Shown here: positions 55,127 to 64,000 of the stretch, piece by piece
Layout: the number at the start of each line of letters is the position of its first letter
Numbering within the stretch: the stretch's first letter is position 1
Origin: Ramazzottius varieornatus
Taxonomy: Eukaryota > Animalia > Tardigrada
DNA length: 64,000 bases
Assembly (NCBI GenBank): GCA_001949185.1
Contig: BDGG01000004.1
Location: forward strand, 2,794,912 to 2,858,911
Direction: 5' to 3'
Position numbers and translations under genes: made by a program
Notes under the pieces: model-generated
What the model saw: only the letters and a program-made list of their open reading frames with translations
The model's database searches: none
What the model was told of the DNA's origin: nothing

Positions 55127-58100
55127 CTAGCATTGATAATTCTGAATATCAAAATTTAAATCCCGTCCAGATAACCGCGACTCTGACATACAGTACGTAC
55201 TAGAGATCATTGATTCTCACCTTCGGCAGTCTTGCATAGAGTCGCAGAAGCAGTAGGTCTTCGTAGGAATAACCGAGTTCACGTAAGCAAGGCTGCAAGG
55301 ATCCTCCGTCCACAAGGAAGCAAACCCAGCTCTCAACCTTCAAATGATAGATCGGTCAAATAGCTCGAAAGGAGCTGCAAAACAAAGTTTCATTGATGAG
55401 TTATAAAAAAATTCAATTGTCCCTTACGGAAACAGTCCGGTCGACTGCAGGAGCGTTTTCAATCCGACATATTCTGCTGGATTCGTCCACGGCAGTAGCT
55501 CGATGGTTAGATCTTCAGCTACTTCCGCTGCCTAAACAGTTAGTCAACATATTCTGATGTGTATAAGAAGATCGTTAATAAAGCGGAATCAGCTACTGGA
55601 ACCGTTGTCGCTTCATCGTTTGGAAGGGCGCCCTTGATCTTCTCGTCAGCGATGCTTTTCAGCTCACGGATGATTTTCAGGAATGGATCCTAGAACACGA
55701 ACAAAAAATATCACTACGAATTTACTGAAATATGATACAAACATTTCCGAAGGAACACGGAGCTCGGCAAAGAAACCTGATCTGATCGCATTTCAGGTGG
55801 CGCATGCATTAAAATAATAAGACTGAAGACGTGCGCCATTCGAAAACGATCTGGTGGAGTATGTTTGCCGAAACAAAATACACAAGTGAAAAAATTCCTC
55901 TGTAAATCTCAGCCAACTTTCCAGTCTGTACCTCGTGCACGTCGAGGTTGCCCCTCGAATCCTTTTCTTTTCCTGTCCAAGACGGAAGTCGAAGGTAGCT
56001 GGGACAACTGAGCTTAGCTCGCTTCCTCGGTCGCGCAGAACCAGCTGGTGATGCGGTTCTGCTGCTGCTGGCCGAACTATCTTCTGACGGTGGATGGTTG
56101 ACCACGTCCATGATCTCGCCAGCGTTTTCGGGGTCAATCACATATACTGCCTTCTCCACCTAGATTAAACCTACGTGCGGAGGAGAAATGCGGTTACGAC
56201 TATGGGCCAACTTACCAGTTCATGGAGTGATCCGATACGGTTATCGGACTTCATCTTTCTTCGATGCGCCACCTTCAACTCTTCCTCCAGCTTTCGAATC
56301 TTGTCGATGATTTCAATGTCGTTCCAATAAGCTTCTTCCAAACTGCATTCGAGAGCGTCAAGCTGATTATACGCTTCTCGAGGTGCCCTACAAAAGCAAC
56401 AGAAAATCCAATAACACTTGATAACCATATGAAAAAGGAAGAAGACCTAAGTTTTCTGTAACTTACGTCGAACTTTGATGGTGGTCGGTCAAAACATGCA
56501 GTGATGGGATCGTTCTTCTTTCTGGTAGGACGACTATCACAGAGGCTGCGGAACTGGCGGACGGTTTCGGGACAATGACGACAGGCGCTGCGCCAGTTGC
56601 TCGTAAGCGCTTCCGTTTCTTACGCGTGGAGCCCTTCTTGCTTGCTGTCCTGACCGATCTGGGCGTTGGCATTGGAACTACCATCTTGCCTTTCGCGCTC
56701 TGACCAGAAGCCTGCAAGAAACTTTCTCGAGTGGTGAACTTGGTAGGTGGCGCCACTGGCGCATCAGGTTCGTCTGAGGCCGGTTCTTTCGGCTGGATCT
56801 GGAACATCAACGGCCCTACAGGACCGAACTTGGCTATCCGATGTGCCTTCTGCAAAGCACGAGAAACATTAGCACTCTGAGTTTCCATACCACGAAATTC
56901 AAGACAAAAATTTACTCTAACAGCTGCGAGCAGCTGATTTTGACTGGCCCTACCTTTTGTTCAGCAACACGCGCAGGAGACTTGATGCTTCTCGGTTTTG
57001 ACGCCTCAAACGTAATCTGCGTAGTATTCTCGGCTTGGCTCATCATGCGTCGGAAGAACGATTGCTGCGCTGAGTTCTCCGACATTTTATCCCCAGCAGT
57101 GGAAAGACTGCTCGAACTGCCCGACGTTCGGACAAGCGGTCTCGACTCTACAAGGAAATTTCATGTTATTAAAAATATTTTAAGAAAACTTCCTAAAATG
57201 CTATTACACCTGTACATTTACTACAAGAAGACCCTTACCGGTTGCTGAACTGGTGCTTGCTGCTTCTCGACACGGCGATGGTGACAGCGGAATTATAGCG
57301 ATAGGTGATTCTTGCTTGATCTTGACTGGCGACTGAGCCGATTCGACGCTGAAGGAAGAACGGGGAGGCGACTGGGCAGTAACGACGAGTGGAGGATTCG
57401 ACTCCGGGGCTCTGCTAGCAGGCGGAAGTAAAGACTGGAAGTTGAAAGACACAAAAGCAAATGGGTTGGTCGATGCGCTGCTTTCAGTGTTGCGTCCAGC
57501 GTTGTCCTTGGAAGTGACCGTTTCCACCCATAGCACATCCTTTGCCGGCTGTAAAAAGTGGAAGAGTTTTTATTGATGACGCAAGATTCGGTCACCAATG
57601 TGACCATAACATCACATTTTGAGAAAACATATCATGCTACAGAAGCGATTAGAAATTATTCTACACACTTACGTTTGGTGGTGGCACGTCGCTGTCGTCT
57701 GGCTGCTTCACACGAAACTGCGTGCCCAATGCTGCCACCGCCCGAGCCCGTAGGACATCCTCGCTTTCAAACATGACCCTGTCCGAGGCACCTCCCTCAT
57801 TGGCATGGAGCGTCACATCGAACGGAAAGAAAGGTAGATCGAAATCATCATCATCGGGCTCCTCATCACTTGGCCAGGCCTCCTCCTGCTCCTGCTCGCC
57901 TTGTTGCTCTCCTACCTCTTCCTGTTCCTCTTCCTCTACATCGGGAATCTCTGGCTCCGACGGCACCATACCCTCTTCGTTCTTCATGACAACTTCTGTT
58001 TCATCCTGCACACTTACAACTTCCTCGTTCTCACCGTCCTCCTCTACACCTTGTGGATTCTCATCCCGACTTGCTTCTAAAGCCGCCTCGAGCTCATCGT

Positions 58101-60277
58101 CCACGTTAAAGTCAAACGTGTTCACAGCAACCTCGTTGCCGAATGGAAGGACCTTCTCTGTGTACAATGTGTGGTAATCATCGCCCGTGCCAAAAAACGG
58201 CTCATCGCCAGCTTCCGACGGGTCGGGGCTATCCGGATCCCCCAGCAGGATCGGAGCTGTACTCGGGCTATACAGCACCGAGTAGTCGGCATCAGGACTC
58301 AACGGCGCACCCAAATCTATCTTGTCGTAATCGGTCGTAGAGAAGGACCGTCCGACCTCTCTTATTAGACCACTCGTTTCGTCTGGATTAGTGTTTGTTA
58401 TGGTGGCTGTCTCTGTGAGAGGGACTTTCTCCTCCAACGTGGAAACCTCTTCCGGTGAAAGCGGCGTCGTCAAGTCTATGAATGGTGGTGACGGACGGAT
58501 CTTGAACTTCTGTAACGTGGGAACATGGCTGATCCCCGCTCGACAAACACACATGATGGAAAACCTACCTGAGCGTTCTTCTTCTTGAGTTTGGTTGGTG
58601 AGGTGATATCCGCGACGTCCACAATCTGGTCTTCTTCGCCAGGCAGGCAGCCTGGAGGAGAGTACGGAGTGGAAGACTCTCGCGATACCGATTCCGTGGT
58701 ACTCATGATACTGATGATTTCTCCTTCTTCCGAACCTTTTAACGAAGAAGCATCCGACATCTTTCGGAGGGCAGTTTTCGCCGCACTCTTCGAATGTTGA
58801 GGTTGCTTTGGCTTCGTATCCTTCGGAGCTGGAACCCCATCTTCGTGCATGCTTCTTCTGCCACTTGCACCTCGAGCATCCTCGCGTTTCCGGTCTGTCT
58901 TCGAGTTGGTATTTCTGTGAGACCACGATGTTTTATAGGCGTTGAAAGGTTTATCTGCGTTACGGTCTAGTAGTCTGTCTCTTCTGGAATACGATCTACC
59001 ACGAGAATCGTACTCTCTGGAACTGTTACGAGTTGGTCTGCGGTGTCCACGTAGACTAGGACTTCTCCTCGATCTTCTATGCACGTCTTCATTCTCCCTA
59101 ACTTTCGTCAAAAGATGCCCCAGTGTGTCCTTCTCTCTAAACAGAGGCTTCCGTAAGTCCTTGTCAGCATCAGGTCTATTCTCGTCTTTTCGTGGCTTCT
59201 CATAAGAGTACTTTTTTCTCGGCTCCTCTTTCCTGGGGCTGTGAACGTTCTCCTTGTTGCTTCTGCGATGTGCCACTTGTTGAGCCGCCTTCTCGACTGC
59301 ATGATGTATGTGTTCAGCGGACGAGCTCGAAGCCTGCCGATTTTCTGGACGCTTCTCACCCCGAATGTTCGGCTGATGTGGCGGAAAATGTGAAACCTCA
59401 TTTCGGCTCTCACTGAAAACGTTCCACACCGAATGCTCCTGTTCTTTGTTGACTGTACCATCTTGAGCGGGCATACGATCTCCGAAGCGAAGAATATCCG
59501 GCTCGGTATTCTGCAAACAGCGCACAATTAGGATATTGATACTGCCAATGTTAAGCAGAACCGTTCCAGTATGTAATCGCTCCATTCAATTACCTGTTGT
59601 CCTAGCGAGTTTGTACATTCCCCCTCCGCACTTTCCCACTGACGTGGCTCATGCGGCCAACTGTCTATGGGCACACCGTCTAGTTCATCTTCGTACCCAT
59701 TGTCCATCGGAGCCTCTTGAGTCTCAGTGGAAGAGTAGTGCTGCTGTGCGCTTGATCCGAATCCAGAATTTTGAATATGGTTTTCCTGACGGCGAAGACC
59801 AGCGAAAGAGCTGTCAATTCCGATAGACGGGCGCACTGAAGCGAAACGGGGAAAATTGTGTCCTGTAGGTGCTGGCTGCTGATGGTTTAATTGCGGTCGG
59901 TTAGCCAGCATGTGAAAGTTGAAGTGTGGGTGCTGTCTTTGTTGATCGGAAGGCAAACCCAGAAACGACGATGGCAGCCCCATAAATCCAATGTGATTGA
60001 CCCAAGGCGCATTTGTCTGTGAGCTGCTTCTAGACGGCATATGCTGAGGAAACGAGGGAGGCCTTGACTGAGATCCCAACAGATTCGGAGGAATGAACTG
60101 TAACCTGGAAAGAAACAGTACGGTCTTGGAGATGCTCCAATTAATTAAGCGAGAATGTGATTTACGAAATTACGATTACTATCTCACGTTCTCAACTCAC
60201 CCAGAATTCTGCTGAGGATTGTGTCTATGGCGAACTGGCTGGGCTGCGTAATGGCTTTGTCCCTGTTGATGATGCAT
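55127..60277 (-). CDS. Large multi-exon hypothetical low-complexity protein (Q/P/H-rich, RS-rich, acidic, coiled coil); in-frame TGA at 55356-55358
   Basis: Long ORFs (59528-60079, 58476-59585, 57661-58926, 57204-57536, 56463-56888, 56171-56428, 55809-56159) join in frame through GT-AG introns. The 3' end is ambiguous (55356 or 55127). Confidence 0.7.
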
Positions 60278-60748
60278 CCTGACAGCGTTCAGATTCCTAC
60301 TCCTCAGTCCCGACAATCCGAATCATGACCTGGTTTCAAAACAAGCAGAAGATTTAGACACTCAACTCTCGGATTACTAACAGATTAACTCGCCACAGTC
60401 CCAATGCGTCCAGTAGATCGCACTCTCCCAGCATCCCGATGGTCTAAAGCGAAAGGCGGCTTGACCTCCAGAGAAGAAATCGAAGGTGGGTCACGAACGA
60501 GACGACAGAGTCGGACAGACCTTAGAAAGAAATGAACGTATTCTGTCACCAGTTACATTTGAGTGATTACGATCCATTTGGAACGTAATCGGACGTCTGA
60601 CGGACCAACTCAATTGGCTACGAGGTGCGAGGCCTAAGGTCGTTGTCGACCTAACTTCGTGGGCAAGCGGCCACTCGGTGGCGCACCACTCGGCTAATCT
60701 AACACCAGCCAGCTGATCGTGTGTGTGAGCAATCCATGCTGGGAGCTA

Positions 60749-63158
60749 AGTTTCCACGAAGGTTTTACCCGTAGCGATTTTTAGACCGATACGTGTAGAA
60801 ATCAAGGTTTATTTAACCGTACAAACTGCCGGAGGGCAATGATTTCTACTTGTGCTAACCCAACTTTCCGTACCAATGTCATATTTTGGAAGTAATGTCA
60901 TATTATGTGACATCGGGAGAGGTAAGTGGTAACGTCAAATGAGGCAGCTAGAACGTTCAAAGTAAGCTCGGAAACCTGTCGACAAACTCTTGAACAATCA
61001 CACTATTGCTTCTTTGCTCGGCTCTTTCGAGGCACAGGAGACGGTTTTGCTACTGGAGATGCTGCTGCGGTTGTCCTCCAACGTGTTTGCCGACCGATAG
61101 GATTCGCAGCGGTGGAAGGAGAGACATCGGGCTGTTGGACGATTAACACCGCTGCTTGTTTTGCGTTTAATCTGGCTGCTGAATTTCCTTCTCTGGCCTT
61201 TCTTGCTGGTGCTGTGTTGTTTCCGAGATTATTGGACGATACTGCCGGGTCTACCACGGGAGCAGCTTGCGACTCTGACGGTTTTGCAGCGGCTTTTGCT
61301 CCAACGCTTCCTGTTTTGCGGATTACCTTAGGAATTGCTAGAGTTCTGTTCACGGCGGTATCGTTCTTTTCTTGGTCTTAGATTCTTTACTTGCGCGTAT
61401 CTTATCCGCTTTCAGGCTGATATATCCAGAATGGACCAAAGCCAGGCCGTGAGACGTGTCCATCCGCGAATCTTTCATCATTCGTTTCTTTTTGGGCGCT
61501 GCTTTGGGTAAATGTCCATGAAATTCCCTGGCTATGACGGACGCAGTAGGCTCTCCCAAGATAACCTGCTTGATCTGGAGGATGCAGGTATTCGTTTTGT
61601 CTTCGCTTATGCTCAACTTTTTCTGTAGGATGCGGCGGATCTCTTGGTACTGAGACTCAAGTTCTTCTGAGACTTCTTCCGGTCCCGATTCTAGATTAGA
61701 GTCGACTGTATCTCTCAGCAGCTCAGGACTGAACGGGTAGATTCCTGTCTTCCCAAATCCGTCTTTCAAGGGACCAGTAAAGTTAAACGAGTGAACAAAG
61801 AAATCGGGCTTCCAAAGCACGACGATATGAGAGGGAAAATTACGTTTTGTCACCTGGAAAGTGAAAAATAATGGCCAAAAGTACAACATTCTTACTACCA
61901 GAGCCTCGTAAATATCTGTATGTGCTTACATCCACGGATGTATCAAGCCTGGAGTCCTGAAGGTATTTCGTCCATTTTTGTTTTACCCCGCCGAACACTT
62001 TTCTGTCTAGCGGCTGAAGGAAAGCGGTCTGTCCCGATGGCAAACACATGGCTTCGATCTCCTTCTCGCTATTATTCATGCAAGCGGCCAGAAACTGTTA
62101 AGATGAGACGAATGTCCATCGAAGAAGAGAACGTTCTGCAACAAAGACGAACAAAACAAATTTTGTACTGGATATCCGCTCTGCCACAAAGACGCTAAGT
62201 TTCGCTGAGCTCACAGATTCACCTTGTGAGTCGTTATCGAGGTAGACCATTCTTTCACTAGATAATCATGCAGCACGAACTGATCCATGACTCCAGAGGA
62301 GTTCGTGCTCAGGAAACACTCATCGTTCGTATCAGCAAAATGTGATTCTACGTGCATTTTGCCCTTGTAAAGAATCAACGGCCGAAGCATCTTTCCGGCA
62401 GCATTTCCCAGCGCCAAAAGCGTCATGTTCTCTCTATTTCCGAGCCCTTCACATACGCCGGAACCTCCTGGGCGCCTTTCTGTGCGTAACCCTTGTCATA
62501 TATCTGAGCGAGTTGAAAACCTGATTCATCCAAATTCCAGATGGCGTTTGGATCATCCAGGAATCCCCGGTCGGCGAGACGCCAAAACTAGCTTACCTTT
62601 GGCTAGTCCTGTGACTCGCACAATTACAGTCAGCTTCCGATTGTTTAGTGGTGCTCCGACTTTCATACAGCTCAAGAGTATGTCACAGATCTCAAGCTCT
62701 TCCTCCTCCGTGAAACTCGTTGGTGCACCAATCTTTTTCGTATGACGACCATTCAATCGGTCTCTCAAAGTTAATGGTGCGATTTCGTAGCTTGCTCTCC
62801 GTTCATTTCTCTGTTTGCTACGGCGGCCAGTGCGGCTTCCATCTGCGGATAGCTCCTCGAATATCTTCGCTTCGGCTTTTCCATAATTGCTGCTCGGAAT
62901 ACCAGAAACAGAAACGAGATCAAAAAGACAATCCAAACTCGCACAGACAATGTCGCTGGAGGAAAACAGTGAAATTTCAGAATGCTCACGGGTGGGAAAT
63001 GACAGCATGTTATATGACATGACCTCCAGCTGTACTGAGATATTGGCTTGGTGCTTGTAGAAAGCAATGCGCTTGACGTTTAGGTGTTACGTGACAGAGC
63101 CTCGGTTTCAATCAAACTCGACCCAAGAAATGCTACGGGTAAAAACTTCGTGGAAATT
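60749..63158 (-). mobile_element. Decayed pogo/Fot-like (Tc1/mariner superfamily) DNA transposon, ~2.4 kb
   Basis: Imperfect TIRs: agtttccacgaaggttttacccgtagc at 60749 and gctacgggtaaaaacttcgtggaaatt ending at 63158. TA flanks the left end, TG the right. Confidence 0.85.
61003..62884 (-). pseudogene. pogo-type DDE_1 transposase pseudogene with introns
   Basis: HTH_psq-like MEAALAAV...TLRDRLNG, GAPTSFTEEEELEI, catalytic IWNLDESG / FFDGHSSH / LQPLD, and FGKTGIYPF. At least 4 frameshifts plus an apparent internal deletion. Confidence 0.9.
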
Positions 63159-63738
63159 TGACAGCTCACTGCGTTACACATCACGTAATTCATGCCGATC
63201 AGCTGACTTTTGAGCAGATGTGGTGTCGCCTGCAGGTTGCCTTTTCCCTAACATCAGAACGGCTTGTTTGACATGACATCGGGTCATCAAAATCTTCCAC
63301 CGATCTCTACTCTCAATCTCAGTTGTCTTCGGTTTAAACTGAAGACCAGTGTTGTGTCCAATTTTAGAAAAAGATCCTGATTTTTCTACCGCACTTGTAG
63401 TTTGTAATTCAGGAACAAACATAGACCACGAAGTTTGTTGCAGCAGCGAAGTTAGGCCTCGCACCTCGTACTGCAACTGCAACCGCCAATCAGATTCCGT
63501 GTTTTTCTTTGTTTCGGTTTTTCGCCGATTGAAAGCTCAAAATCGCAATATCCCGTGCGTTTCGTCCTAATCTTTGTGAGATAGATGCGTCCCCAGTCTT
63601 CCCGCTTCCGCCAACGACTTCGGCGGCTGCTCTTCCATCCCACACGAACTGAGACTTCGTAGTAAAAAAACAGGATCGCCTTCACAACGGAAGATACTCA
63701 AATTGTGCTAGGATGGAGACGTTTTCTTTGAACGCAGA

Positions 63739-64000
63739 TGGATTGCTCCGTCTCTCCCAGCTCCGGCGTCAGCAGACCAAAGATCCTGTTCCATCCAAAA
63801 CCGAGGTAAGGCTCATGAATCTCACCCATTGCCGTTATGGGGCGCAACTAACTACTTTCGTGCTGTACAGAACGATCTTGGGAGGCGCGCTGAGGCGATG
63901 GACATCGAGCAAAACCAGGTTGCAGAGCTTCGCCTATCCGCAAAGACTGTTGATGTCCCCGCTAACATTCCGAACGAGAAAGCCTCCCTTCAGGGTAGAT
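63739..64000 (+). CDS. Possible partial hypothetical gene running off the window
   Basis: Two open segments joined in frame by a GTAAGG...TACAG intron (63806-63870). No recognisable domain. Confidence 0.3.

Noticed and set aside
57722-59205. Ser-rich plus-strand ORFs
   Set aside because: Antisense shadows of the acidic and RS-rich coding exons on the minus strand.

Overview
Compact, intron-dense animal genomic DNA (GT-AG introns mostly ~55-90 nt). The gene content points to a small-genome protostome, probably a panarthropod and plausibly a tardigrade (inference only). Genes were assembled by hand-splicing, because the ORF track fragments them and misses some. In order: myosin III (-, runs off the window), a MITE-rich spacer, APC7 (+), two tandem SLC9C/sperm-type voltage-gated Na+/H+ exchangers (+), TMEM104 (-), CCZ1 (+), DHDDS (-), an orphan gene (+), NF-YB (+), a rhabdomeric opsin (-), exportin-4 (-), CARHSP1 (-), ADCK1 (+), a C7orf57-like gene (+) and F-spondin (-). 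The last ~12 kb holds palindromes and repeats, a large low-complexity orphan gene with an in-frame TGA, and a decayed intron-containing pogo-type transposon. Most notable: (1) the old SLC9C tandem pair, with intact transport motifs but diverged voltage sensors, degenerate cyclic-nucleotide cassettes and at least 8 discordant introns; (2) an atypical r-opsin with a PDZ-type C-terminus, ~30 kb from myosin III; (3) two ~145-bp palindromic elements whose cores are conserved while their arms co-vary. Family assignments rest on remembered motifs; no database search was run.
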